Notes: generated from the letters alone by a model not told the origin. 64,000 bases of DNA from Thermoproteota archaeon (GCA_027491395.1 JAOZFI010000039.1:9147-73146); one strand, 5' to 3'. Counted from the first letter of the stretch, positions 19,141 to 29,022 are shown. Numbers and translations are program-made.

Positions 19141-20295
19141 TTAGCCGAATATGGCCCTACCGAAGTTTTCTCTCTCCCTCAGTAGCCTGTATCTGCCACC
19201 CTCAAGGGCGACGACCGCTGGTAACGGTCTGAGGTTGTATCTGCTAGCCATGGAGAACCCGTAGGCCCCGACATCGGCAATTACCACGAGGTCCCCTTCT
19301 CTGACCCTCGGCAGGTCGTACTCGCCAAAGAAGTCCGCTGACTCGCAGACGGGACCAGCAATCAGCACTTTCTCCTCAGGACCCTCGGACTCCGCCAGAA
19401 TCCTGTGCTTTGCTCCATAGAGCGCGGGCCTGAGGAGGTCGTTCATTCCAGCATCCAACAAAACCCACTTTCTCCCACCTATCTCCTTCACGTAGTTCAC
19501 CTTGGCAACGAGATAACCCGCGTCTCCAACTATGTACCTACCGGATTCCACGAATATGTGAACCCCTAATTCCCTGGATGTCTCACACACGATTTCAGCG
19601 TACTCTCCTAGAGGGAACTCTCCGGACCCTTCATAGGATATGCCCAAGCCACCTCCCAGATCAAGCACCTCCACCCCACCGAACTGCTCAACCAGGGATC
19701 GGAGCACATCCAACGCGTTGATAAAGGGTTCAACGCTCATTATCTGGCTCCCTACGTGTGTATGAAAGCCCCTCGTATTCATGTCACTTCTCAAAGACCT
19801 GAGGAGTGAGAGGGCCCTTTCAGGGGGGAGACCGAACTTCGTTCCTGGTCCTGCCGTCACGAGGCTCGGATGAGCCCCAGCTCCCAGTCCGGGGTTCACC
19901 CTCACCATGACATCCGTTCCCCCCAAATCTCTAAGGGTTCTAGCCTCGGATTCACTCTCAAGTGAGACTGTAGCCCCGTAACTAGCAGCTTCCGCGAGGT
20001 CCTGCCTTGAGGGACTCGGCCCCACGAGCACCACTTTCTCAGGGGGAACACCGGCCCACCTGGCGAGCATCACGCCGTAACAGGAGGGAACGGTGGCTCC
20101 AGAACCTAAGGAGGAGAGCATCCTGACGAGCTCCGGCTCGTGATTGGCTTTATATGCGTATGCAATCGTGTGAGGGCATTTCAGAGCGTTATCCAACCTC
20201 AGGAAGTTCTCTCTAACTCTGTCCATGTCCAGCAGGTAAATGGGGGTCCCGAACTCCTCCGCCACATCGCTAACATCGATCCCGGCTACTCTCAA
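19141..20295 (-). CDS. lysA: Diaminopimelate decarboxylase
   Basis: YAYKAN, RVNP...H...T...KFG, HVGSQI, DLGGG, ESGRY, GPVCES, GAYGFSMASRYN. Confidence 0.85.
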   Translation of the reverse strand: MRVAGIDVSDVAEEFGTPIYLLDMDRVRENFLRLDNALKCPHTIAYAYKANHEPELVRMLSSLGSGATVPSCYGVMLARWAGVPPEKVVLVGPSPSRQDLAEAASYGATVSLESESEARTLRDLGGTDVMVRVNPGLGAGAHPSLVTAGPGTKFGLPPERALSLLRSLRSDMNTRGFHTHVGSQIMSVEPFINALDVLRSLVEQFGGVEVLDLGGGLGISYEGSGEFPLGEYAEIVCETSRELGVHIFVESGRYIVGDAGYLVAKVNYVKEIGGRKWVLLDAGMNDLLRPALYGAKHRILAESEGPEEKVLIAGPVCESADFFGEYDLPRVREGDLVVIADVGAYGFSMASRYNLRPLPAVVALEGGRYRLLRERENFGRAIFG

Positions 20296-20419
20296 GGGCT
20301 CACCCTACGGCACAGAAATGTACCTGTACCAGTTAATTATCCTGACCAGTCGATACGCCCCGTCTACACCGACACTTCACCCTTTATATGTTGGCGGGGA
20401 GCTCCTCCCCGGTGGTCCA

Positions 20420-20986
20420 TTGAGACTCAACATCAAGGTCATAGCACCAGTGATCATGGCCGCCATCATGCTTATCGGAGTGATCAGCATGAGCTCCCCG
20501 CCCTCCCCCTTGGGGAGCGAGGAGTGGCCCCTCCCCCCAGCAGACATACCTCTCGAGAACATAACCTCCAACATGAACATCTCCGATTTCGTCTTCTTCG
20601 GAGGTCAGCCCGTAGCGAGTTTGGGAACGGGGTTAGACTTCCCGTTGGGGAGCACGGCCTTCTACTACGTTGGAGCTTACAAGAATAATACCTTCGTGGC
20701 ATTCGTTGTGGCCAAACTTCCAGATCCGCAGTACTCGGTTCAGTTTGGCGGAAGGGCCCTGAACTCCCTGAAGGAGAACCTCCCTGAGGAGAATGTGAGG
20801 TACTTGGTCACCAACGAGGGAGGCTTCTTGCAGTACCAAGGCACCAATCAGACCCTAGTGCTGTGGTACGGGCACTCTTGGTACTTCGAGATCATGGCGG
20901 GAAAGGGAGGGGACTTGGGGAGGGAAGCAGTTCAGGCGGTTAAGAGGGCCATCTACGAGGCTATACAGAAGGTTCAGAGGGCCTGA
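20420..20986 (+). CDS. Membrane-anchored extracellular protein of unknown function
   Basis: TTG start after GGTGG, N-terminal TM, Ser/Pro linker, aromatic-rich domain (LWYGHSWYFEI). The longer ORF overlaps lysA. Confidence 0.6.
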   Translation: MRLNIKVIAPVIMAAIMLIGVISMSSPPSPLGSEEWPLPPADIPLENITSNMNISDFVFFGGQPVASLGTGLDFPLGSTAFYYVGAYKNNTFVAFVVAKLPDPQYSVQFGGRALNSLKENLPEENVRYLVTNEGGFLQYQGTNQTLVLWYGHSWYFEIMAGKGGDLGREAVQAVKRAIYEAIQKVQRA

Positions 20987-22095
20987 ACCTTACCTCCCTC
21001 CTCGAAAACCACCTTCAACTTAAGCTTCTCCTCCTTCACCTTGAGATTACCCAACCCGGGCCCATCCGGCACTGTCCTGTGCCCGTCCTCGTAACCGGCT
21101 CCACCCTCGACGAAGTCCTCCTTGAGTGATATGTCGGAGTCCAGATCCGTCGTTACCAAGTTCCTCGTGGCCGCAGCGAAGTGGACTCCCGCGGTTATAC
21201 TGACCCCTCCTTCCATCATGCACCCTATCATGTTGGGTATGCCTGCCGCCTCGCTTATCGCGGCTATCCTCCTAGCCTTGAGGAGGCCTCCCGCCTTCGT
21301 CAGCTTTATGTTGATGTAGTCGGCGGCTCCCATCTCCACAACTTCGAGCGCGTCCTCAGGGGTGTGCACGGACTCGTCAGCCATTATCGGGATTGGGCTC
21401 ATACTTGTGAGCACGGCCATGCCCTCGAGGTCATCCCACCTAACGGGCTGCTCCGCCAGCTCCAAGTCGTACCTGTCCATCTCGGTGAGGGCCCTCATGG
21501 CCTCTTTGACGGTCCATCCCTGATTAGCGTCTATCCTCAGCCTTATGTCCTTCCCCACAGCGTCCCTCACCGCCCTGACCCTGGCCACATCCTCCTCCAC
21601 TCCGGTTCCCACCTTGAGCTTGATGACCCTGAACCCCCTCTCAACTATCCTCAGAGCCTCCTCGGCCATCTCCTCCGGTCTCTTTATCCCTATGGTGAAG
21701 TCCGTCTCGACCTTGTCCCTGTACCCGCCCAGCAGGTCCCTCACCTTGACTCCGAGGATCTTCCCCTTGAGATCGAAGACAGCCGTTTCTAGGGCGAACT
21801 TCGCTGAATTGTTACCCAAGATTGCCTTGTCCATCTTCTCCTCTATTCTCTCGACATCCATTGGGTCCTCCCCTATCACCGCTGGGGCTAGAGTGTGCAT
21901 GGCAGCTACTATGGTGTGCTCGCTCTCACCGATTATCCTCCTCGCTGGTGAGGCCTCGCCCCACCCAACTCTGCCCTCATCATCGAATACCTTTACAACT
22001 ACATCCGTGCTGCTCGTGGAAGTGCCCAGCGAGATGGTAAACGGCTGTAAGTAGGGAAGATCTACGGTATAGACCTCTATCCTCTTAATGGACAT
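20974..22095 (-). CDS. L-Ala-D/L-Glu (dipeptide) epimerase, enolase superfamily MLE subgroup
   Basis: KLKVG, DANQG, EQP, ADES, INIKLTKAGG, GCMME and the DLD signature. Confidence 0.87.
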   Translation of the reverse strand: MSIKRIEVYTVDLPYLQPFTISLGTSTSSTDVVVKVFDDEGRVGWGEASPARRIIGESEHTIVAAMHTLAPAVIGEDPMDVERIEEKMDKAILGNNSAKFALETAVFDLKGKILGVKVRDLLGGYRDKVETDFTIGIKRPEEMAEEALRIVERGFRVIKLKVGTGVEEDVARVRAVRDAVGKDIRLRIDANQGWTVKEAMRALTEMDRYDLELAEQPVRWDDLEGMAVLTSMSPIPIMADESVHTPEDALEVVEMGAADYINIKLTKAGGLLKARRIAAISEAAGIPNMIGCMMEGGVSITAGVHFAAATRNLVTTDLDSDISLKEDFVEGGAGYEDGHRTVPDGPGLGNLKVKEEKLKLKVVFEEGGKVQAL

Positions 22096-22192
22096 GAGAC
22101 CCCCTGAGGAATCACGCTCGTTAGGGATAAAGTTACCCGCTCCGTCAACTTTCCCGTAGGAGAACCTTTAATCTCGCGAACTTCCCGATTCA

Positions 22193-23281
22193 TTGATGGC
22201 CAAGAAGTGTCCCGATGATAATCCGTATCATGTGGTAGCCGAGCTTCAAGAGCCTCTAGGAGATGGAAGGGTCAGGTGCCTGGCCTGCCCAAGGAAGTGC
22301 ATAATCCCACCGGGAATGTACGGCCTGTGCAAGACCAAGCTCAATGTGGATGGTACGCTCTGTGAGGTGAACTACTCGAAGGTCAGCAGCGTGGCCATGG
22401 ATCCCATAGAGAAGAAGCCCTTCTTCCACTTCATGCCGGGCAGCTATGCCTACAGCATAGGCACCGTGGGCTGCAATCTCTTCTGCGAACACTGTCAGAA
22501 TTGGGTGATAAGCCAATCGGATCCCGAGAGCTTCCGCTACCTCAGAGATCTGCCCCCAGAGGAGGCTGTCAGGGAAGCTGTGGAGCTAGGTGCCTCGAGC
22601 ATAGCCTTCACCTACAACGAGCCCACCATAGTGAGCATGGAGTGGGTCGTTGACGCGGCCAAGCTGGCCAAGGACTTCGGTCTCGCAACTCTCAGCGTGA
22701 CCAACGGTTACTGGAGTGAGGAGGCTAGGGAGAGGTTAATCCCCCTGATAGATGCCGCCAATGTGGATGTCAAGGCATTCACCGACGACTTCTATAGGAA
22801 GGTGACCAAGGCCCCGTTTCTGAGGCCCGTCTTAGACACTGTACTCGCTCTTAAAAGGGCCGGAAAGCATGTTGAGGTGACTTACCTCATAATACCCACC
22901 CTAAATGATGGTGAAGAGGAGATCAGGACTTTCGCTAGGTGGATAGTTCAGGAGGTCGGAGACGACACTCCTGTTCACTTCTCACGTTTCTACCCGCATT
23001 TCAGGATGAAGAACCTTCCCCCGACTCCGATCGAATACATAAAGAGAGCTATCAGGATAGCTAGGGATGAGGGTGTTAAATTCGTTTACTCAGGGAATGT
23101 CCCGGGCGATCCAGACGAGAACACCTATTGTCCAAGGTGCGGCACTCTACTGATAAGAAGATACGGATTTACCATAGAAAAGTGCAATCTTTCTGAGGAC
23201 TCGAGGTGCCCCCAATGCGGCGAATCCATAACCATAGTGGGTCCTTGCACTGAATCCGGGGGCTGGCTGGGTTACTTATGA
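22193..23281 (+). CDS. amrS: AmmeMemoRadiSam-system radical SAM enzyme (PflA-like)
   Basis: CLACPRKC, DPIEKKPFFHF, CNLFCEHCQN, FTYNEP, HFSRFYP, C-terminal CPRCG/CPQCG. Confidence 0.85.
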   Translation: MMAKKCPDDNPYHVVAELQEPLGDGRVRCLACPRKCIIPPGMYGLCKTKLNVDGTLCEVNYSKVSSVAMDPIEKKPFFHFMPGSYAYSIGTVGCNLFCEHCQNWVISQSDPESFRYLRDLPPEEAVREAVELGASSIAFTYNEPTIVSMEWVVDAAKLAKDFGLATLSVTNGYWSEEARERLIPLIDAANVDVKAFTDDFYRKVTKAPFLRPVLDTVLALKRAGKHVEVTYLIIPTLNDGEEEIRTFARWIVQEVGDDTPVHFSRFYPHFRMKNLPPTPIEYIKRAIRIARDEGVKFVYSGNVPGDPDENTYCPRCGTLLIRRYGFTIEKCNLSEDSRCPQCGESITIVGPCTESGGWLGYL

Positions 23282-23358
23282 TCGGTTGATCATTTTGCCA
23301 GTTGACATGGGTTTCACCGAAAACCTTTTTAAGCAATACCCCTAATGTCCGGCGGCCG

Positions 23359-25272
23359 GTGAGATCCTTGGAGACCATCATAGAAGCCGGCGTCGATATA
23401 TTGGGGAAGATCCCTTGGAAGGACGCGTCTTTTGAGGAGAAGGTACAGGCTTTGAACGAGATGTGGAAGGAAGGAGAGCAGATTAAAAAGCTACTAGAGG
23501 AGAGCACTGATCTAGAGGAGGCAAGGAAGAAAATCTACGACTACTTGGCATCGCTCGAATGGGAGCTCAGGGTAGGCAGGATAAAGCTTCATAGGATCGA
23601 TTACTGGCTTGCATTGGAAGCCATAAAGAACTTCAGGAACATAATCTCACCGGAAAACGAGAAGATAGCCACCTTCAGCACCCTTGAGTATTTGTGGCGG
23701 CTAGCGAAGGAAGGAGAGAGGTTCCTCGACAAGGTAAGCATGGGCTTCATCCTCGAGTTCAAGTACCTGTTCAAGGCGATTCACGGGAACTCTAACTACG
23801 CCAAGGGATGGATCCACGATCTCTTGGGCGAGGAAAAGGCCAAGATAGTCCACGAGTTCCTTAGGATAGGCGGAAGGGAGGGCGCCATTCTCAGGTCCGA
23901 GTACCTCGATGAAGTGGCCAAGCTGGTGAAGCAGTATTTCGGCAGGTTCACTTTCGGCCTAGACCCCAAAGTCATAGAGAAGAGAGAGCAAAACATCCAG
24001 AAGATCCTCGATTACTTCGGAGCCACCAGAGACGACTGGATGGACTACAAGTGGCACTTCAAGCATGTGTTCAAGAGGCTGGAGCACGTGGACATGCTGA
24101 AGGAGCTAGTTCCCCTGACGGAGGAGGATGTCGAGAACATAAAGATGGCCATAGAGAACAGGATACCCTTCGGCATCACTCCATACTACCTGCACCTCTT
24201 CGACTTCGAGAGGGCCGACAGGAAGTGGGATCCCCAAGTCAGGGCTCAGGTGATCCCGCCAAGGTGGTACCTCGAGGAGATGATCAAGCACAGGCAGGAC
24301 AGGAACTACGTGTTCGACTTCATGAAGGAGCACGATACCTCCCCGCTGGAGCTCGTTACTAGGAGGTATCCGATGATAGCCATATTGAAGGTGGCTGACA
24401 CGTGTCCGCAGATATGCGTCTACTGCCAGAGGAACTGGGAGATAGAGGAGGCCTTCAGTCCAGTGGGCATACCGCCGAAGGCCCTAATAGACAAGGCCAT
24501 AGAGTGGTTCGCCAACCATGAGTCCATGATGGATGTGCTACTCACCGGCGGTGACCCTGCAATCCTGAACGATAGGTACATGGAGTACATCCTCAGTCGT
24601 CTGGCTGAGATAGACCACATCAAGAGCATCAGAATAGGGAGCAGAATAGTCGTAACCGTGCCTATGAGAATCACCAAGGAATACGCGGAGATGCTGAGTA
24701 GTTTCATCGAACCCAACAAGAGGAACGTGATGTTCGTCACCCACGTTGAGAGCGCAGAGGAGGTCACCCCCTACATGGCCAAGGCTGTGAAGACCCTAAG
24801 AGACCACGACATCTACGTGTACAACCAGCAGGTCTACCAGTTCGCCACCTCTAGGAGGTTCCAGTATGTCCTCACGAGGATAGCCCTCAAGATAATAGGT
24901 ATAGATCCGTATTACAACTTCTATCCGAAGGGCAAGTTCGAGCAGAGGGATTTCCTCGTTCCCGTCGCAAGACTTGCCCAAGAGAGGAAGGAGGAGGCAA
25001 GGCTCCTACCCGGTCAGTATAGGACCGACGAGCCGGTGTTTAACGTCCCCGCTCTTGGAAAGAACCACATAAGGGCTTGGCAGGATCGTGAACTCATAGC
25101 CATAATGCCGGAGACTGGAAGCAGGATATATGTGTGGCATCCGTGGGAGAAGGGCATAGCTCCGGTTGATCCGTGGCCCTACGTGGATGTCCCCATCTAC
25201 GACTACCTGATGAGGCTTAAGGAGGTCGGGGAGGACATAAAGGAGTACGAGAGCATCTGGTACTACTACTGA
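23359..25272 (+). CDS. Long-form KamA-family radical SAM aminomutase-like protein (~637 aa)
   Basis: W.DYKWHF, FGITPYY, CPQICVYCQR, LTGGDP, IRIGSR, NQQV, VPALGK. GTG start chosen ~30 nt after CTTTTTAAG; the ORF track starts at 23302. Confidence 0.82.
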   Translation: MRSLETIIEAGVDILGKIPWKDASFEEKVQALNEMWKEGEQIKKLLEESTDLEEARKKIYDYLASLEWELRVGRIKLHRIDYWLALEAIKNFRNIISPENEKIATFSTLEYLWRLAKEGERFLDKVSMGFILEFKYLFKAIHGNSNYAKGWIHDLLGEEKAKIVHEFLRIGGREGAILRSEYLDEVAKLVKQYFGRFTFGLDPKVIEKREQNIQKILDYFGATRDDWMDYKWHFKHVFKRLEHVDMLKELVPLTEEDVENIKMAIENRIPFGITPYYLHLFDFERADRKWDPQVRAQVIPPRWYLEEMIKHRQDRNYVFDFMKEHDTSPLELVTRRYPMIAILKVADTCPQICVYCQRNWEIEEAFSPVGIPPKALIDKAIEWFANHESMMDVLLTGGDPAILNDRYMEYILSRLAEIDHIKSIRIGSRIVVTVPMRITKEYAEMLSSFIEPNKRNVMFVTHVESAEEVTPYMAKAVKTLRDHDIYVYNQQVYQFATSRRFQYVLTRIALKIIGIDPYYNFYPKGKFEQRDFLVPVARLAQERKEEARLLPGQYRTDEPVFNVPALGKNHIRAWQDRELIAIMPETGSRIYVWHPWEKGIAPVDPWPYVDVPIYDYLMRLKEVGEDIKEYESIWYYY

Positions 25273-25330
25273 TCCTCCCCCCTCCTTATTTTCCCAAACG
25301 TTTTTGATGGAATCGCCTCAGGCTAGTGGT

Positions 25331-26269
25331 ATGAGGAAAATCCTAGCCATAGCTCTAATCCCATTATTTCTGGCTCCCCTCGCCTACACCTTAGCGCAAC
25401 CCATAGCGATAGCCGAGTTACCCTTAGGATCCAAGCTTACATACAAGTTAGGGGGAGTTTACGTCGGTAACAAGACCTACGAGGTCTTGGGCTGGTCTTC
25501 CTCCCGAGGCAGGAGATGTAAACTGGTCAAAGTTAGTCTCTCCGTTAACGCCTCCGGTAGCTTCTTCTACAGGGGGATAAATTCCACTTCCGAGTTCTGC
25601 TACGACGAGAGGGGAAGACCCCTGAAAGAGGTCCTGTACATTCCACAGGAATTCAACTCGTCCTACACGAGGGTTGAGATAACCTATTGGTGGGAGGGCG
25701 AAGAGGTATTTCCTCACAGATCTTTGATAAGATTGATAGGTGAGAAAATGGAGAACTATGATGTGCTGCTCAATGAAGGACTTATGATCAAGGAATCTGG
25801 TGGAAAGACTGAGAAGTTCAGGGTAAGCAGCGAGAATCTCTCGAAGGTACTGCCTTTTGTTCCCGAGAGGCTAACGGAACCATATGTCGACCTGTCATCC
25901 ATCAGGCTGAAGGAGGGTTACGCGAGGAGGTACGGAGACTTCGAGGTGAAGGTGCTTTCTCTGGAGAATGTTCAGACCCCAGCTGGTCTGTTCCCTTGTT
26001 ATAAGGTGCTTCTCTCCGGTTGGACCGAGGACGGCCTTCCATATAACTCAACAGTTTACGTTACAGTGAAAGAACCTAGGTTCACCACCTACTATATTAC
26101 CAATATAATTGGGATAAAGCAAACTGGATACGTGGTTGAGGCCAATATCCCCGAGCCAGGGTTGAATAAGTGGATAATCTATCTCGTAATGGTATTAGTT
26201 ATGCTCGCTGTACTCGCGTTCTCACTCAAAAAGAGGAGGAAGGCGGGAGAGAAGCGAGTTACTTCTTAG
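25331..26269 (+). CDS. Exported protein with signal peptide and C-terminal TM/basic tail (DUF3108-like motif)
   Basis: MRKILAIAL signal, ENVQTPAGLFPCYKV motif, C-terminal TM followed by KKRRK. Confidence 0.65.
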   Translation: MRKILAIALIPLFLAPLAYTLAQPIAIAELPLGSKLTYKLGGVYVGNKTYEVLGWSSSRGRRCKLVKVSLSVNASGSFFYRGINSTSEFCYDERGRPLKEVLYIPQEFNSSYTRVEITYWWEGEEVFPHRSLIRLIGEKMENYDVLLNEGLMIKESGGKTEKFRVSSENLSKVLPFVPERLTEPYVDLSSIRLKEGYARRYGDFEVKVLSLENVQTPAGLFPCYKVLLSGWTEDGLPYNSTVYVTVKEPRFTTYYITNIIGIKQTGYVVEANIPEPGLNKWIIYLVMVLVMLAVLAFSLKKRRKAGEKRVTS

Positions 26270-27359
26270 AAGCTTCCTCCTCCATTTTCAGCTCCTCTCC
26301 CACATCCCACTCGCTTGATTTGGAGAGCTCTAAGGCTGGTGTCTCTACCGGACCCTCCGGTATGGCGCCCTGTGGCCTGAACATCAGGACGAGGATTATT
26401 ATCAGCCCTATTATGATATACTTCATGTAGGTCACGTCGAACTCAACCCTTATTCCCAAGAGACTCAGGAAAGACGGTGAGATGAACTGGTCCAAGGCGG
26501 TCATTATCAAGGTTCCCACGATCACTCCCTTGTTGTTGGCCATGCCACCCAGAATCACCATGGTGAGGATCAAGAAGGTTATCAGAGGCTGGAAGTCGTC
26601 AGCAACTACTCCCTGTATGTAGAAGGTCCTGAGGACACCAGCTATTGCTGCTAGGGCGCTTCCTATGATCATCACCTCTCCCCTCACCCTAGGTACCACC
26701 TTGCCTAGAGCCATCGCTGCAAGGTCATCGTCCCTTACCGATTTGAGCAGCCTTCCGAATGGAGATTTGGCCAACCTCTGCACATACACGTACGCCAGGA
26801 CGGCAAAGGCTACCACGACCACTGTGTACGCGAGGCTCCTCATGTGCACGTCCTTTATGAATGATAGAGGATTGGCTATCCCGGTGAGGCCGGTAAGGGC
26901 GCAAACGATTCCCTCCTCGTTTCTGGCTATGATTCTCCCCATGTCTCCAATGAATATGAGGGTTATCGCTAGAAAGTCCTCCTTCAGCCTCAGCGCGGGA
27001 TAGGATGCGGCATATCCGAACAAACCTCCCACGAAGGCTCCCAGCACGAGAGAGGCCACAAAGAGACCTATAGCTTCGGCTGGATGAGAGCTAAGGTACT
27101 CAGTCCTCAGTACGGATGCTTGCCCTGAACAGTATCCTGCTTTAATCCCAGCTATGTAATCAACAACTCTAGCCGTGAGGACGCCAGCCATGTAGGCTCC
27201 AACTGATATGAAGAATACGTGGCCGAAATTGGGTATCCCGCCGTAGCCGTACTCCATGTTCAAGCTTAGCGCAGCTATCAGGTAGATGGCGAACAGCACC
27301 ACGAAGGATGTGAAGATGGGTATGTACGACAATAGGAACTCTACCTGCACATCATTCAC
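26259..27359 (-). CDS. livM: Branched-chain amino acid ABC permease
   Basis: GIPNFGH, LRLKEDFLAI, SPFGRLLKSVRDD, FRPQG. Confidence 0.9.
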   Translation of the reverse strand: MNDVQVEFLLSYIPIFTSFVVLFAIYLIAALSLNMEYGYGGIPNFGHVFFISVGAYMAGVLTARVVDYIAGIKAGYCSGQASVLRTEYLSSHPAEAIGLFVASLVLGAFVGGLFGYAASYPALRLKEDFLAITLIFIGDMGRIIARNEEGIVCALTGLTGIANPLSFIKDVHMRSLAYTVVVVAFAVLAYVYVQRLAKSPFGRLLKSVRDDDLAAMALGKVVPRVRGEVMIIGSALAAIAGVLRTFYIQGVVADDFQPLITFLILTMVILGGMANNKGVIVGTLIMTALDQFISPSFLSLLGIRVEFDVTYMKYIIIGLIIILVLMFRPQGAIPEGPVETPALELSKSSEWDVGEELKMEEEASKK

Positions 27360-28281
27360 CTCCCTTGCTCATCTTCTCCTTTATCCACCCGATCACGTCG
27401 ATACCAGCGAAGCCCGTCGGCTTGAGTAGCAGGACTATGACGAGTATTACGAAGGATATCAGCGGTCTGTAGGCCGTGCTCACGTGGAAGTACGTGTTCA
27501 TGAAGGTGATGCCGAAGTTCTCGGCGAAACCGACTATCAGACCTCCTGCTATGGTCCCCCAGAAGCTGACCAGCCCTCCAAGTATGGAAGCCGCGAATAT
27601 CCTCAGCAGGGCGTACCATCCTATTTCGGGGGTTATCACGGAGTAGGCTGACCAGAGTCCGCCAGCTATACCGGTTATCCCACCCGCGATGAACCACATG
27701 AGCCTCCTGAGCGTGTATATCTTAACTCCAGAGACCCTAGCAAGGTCCTCATTGTCGGCCATGGCCCTCAGAGCCTTCCCTGGCTTGGTGTAGTGGAACA
27801 TGAGGTGCAGGAGCACGACGCTCGCTATGGTGATGGGGAACACCCATAGGTGTATGGTTGTTATGCCCGCTCTACCGAACCTCCCTATCAGCTGGACATT
27901 CGCCTTCGCTTGTACGGTAATCACCGCATTGAGATCCGCGTAAATGAATAGGATGTACCTGACCAGCAGACCTATGCCAATACTGGCGACTAAGAGGAAG
28001 AGAGGCTTCGACCCCCTCTTGATCATAGGTTTGAAGACTCCCTCGTCCATCGCAACCGCAAGCAAGGCTGAGGCGAAGAAGGCAGCTATCAGAGACTCTC
28101 CCAGTCCGTAACCCATCCAGTTCACGAGTAGAGCTGTGACGTAACCTCCGACAGTGACCAGCTCGGCGTGAGCGAAATTCGCTATCTTCGTGACCGAGAA
28201 GGACATGGTGAGGCCCAAGGCCATGAGGGTGTAGAGACTCCCTAGTGTCAGGGAGTTCATCAAAGGAACAGATAAATCCAT
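27352..28281 (-). CDS. livH: Branched-chain amino acid ABC permease
   Basis: LMALGLT, ANFAHAE, GKALRAMADN, LLKPTG. Confidence 0.9.
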   Translation of the reverse strand: MDLSVPLMNSLTLGSLYTLMALGLTMSFSVTKIANFAHAELVTVGGYVTALLVNWMGYGLGESLIAAFFASALLAVAMDEGVFKPMIKRGSKPLFLLVASIGIGLLVRYILFIYADLNAVITVQAKANVQLIGRFGRAGITTIHLWVFPITIASVVLLHLMFHYTKPGKALRAMADNEDLARVSGVKIYTLRRLMWFIAGGITGIAGGLWSAYSVITPEIGWYALLRIFAASILGGLVSFWGTIAGGLIVGFAENFGITFMNTYFHVSTAYRPLISFVILVIVLLLKPTGFAGIDVIGWIKEKMSKGGE

Positions 28282-28296
28282 AACATCACCTCCAAA

Positions 28297-29022
28297 TCAC
28301 TTTTTACCTAGGAAAGCCTCCACGAACTTCTCGTCCGCTAGAAGATCTTTCCCTGGGCCTTTCATCACTATCCTACCGCTGGAGAAAACGTAGCCAATGT
28401 CGCAGAAGCTCAGCGCCCTCTTTGCATGTTGTTCCACTAGTATGACGGTGACGCCAGTGTCGACTATGTCCCTTATCTTCATGAAGATCTGAGTCACCAC
28501 CTTAGGGGCTAATGCCGCGGCTGGCTCATCCAAGAGAAGAAGGGTAGGTCTACCCATTAAAGCCATAGCCATGGCAAGCATCTGCCTCTCTCCACCGCTC
28601 AGGGAGCCAGCTTTCTGCTTCTGCCTTTCTCTAAGGATGGGGAATATGTTGAGGATCTCCTCCATATCTTTCTTTATCTCCTCCTTATCCTCTCTAGCGT
28701 AAGCGCCCATCTCCAAGTTCTCCTTAACAGTCAGGTTCGGAAATACGTTGTTCACCTGGAACACGAACCCCAATCCTTTCCTGGCTCTTACCTCAGGGGG
28801 AAGCTTCGTGATCTCCTCTCCGTTGAAGATCACGCTCCCATTGAAGACCCTAGTTAGGCCGAAGAGGGTCTTGAGGAAGGTAGATTTCCCGGACCCATTA
28901 GGTCCTACTATGGCCGTGATCTTGCCCTTTTCCGCTTGAAAATTTACATCTTGAATAATTACTGCCTTCCCATATCCCGCAGTTAAGTCTCGAGTCTCCA
29001 CAATATACTCAACCATCCTCAC
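28297..29022 (-). CDS. livF: Branched-chain amino acid ABC ATPase
   Basis: GPNGSGKST, LTVKENLEMG, LSGGERQML, LDEP. Confidence 0.9.
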   Translation of the reverse strand: MRMVEYIVETRDLTAGYGKAVIIQDVNFQAEKGKITAIVGPNGSGKSTFLKTLFGLTRVFNGSVIFNGEEITKLPPEVRARKGLGFVFQVNNVFPNLTVKENLEMGAYAREDKEEIKKDMEEILNIFPILRERQKQKAGSLSGGERQMLAMAMALMGRPTLLLLDEPAAALAPKVVTQIFMKIRDIVDTGVTVILVEQHAKRALSFCDIGYVFSSGRIVMKGPGKDLLADEKFVEAFLGKK

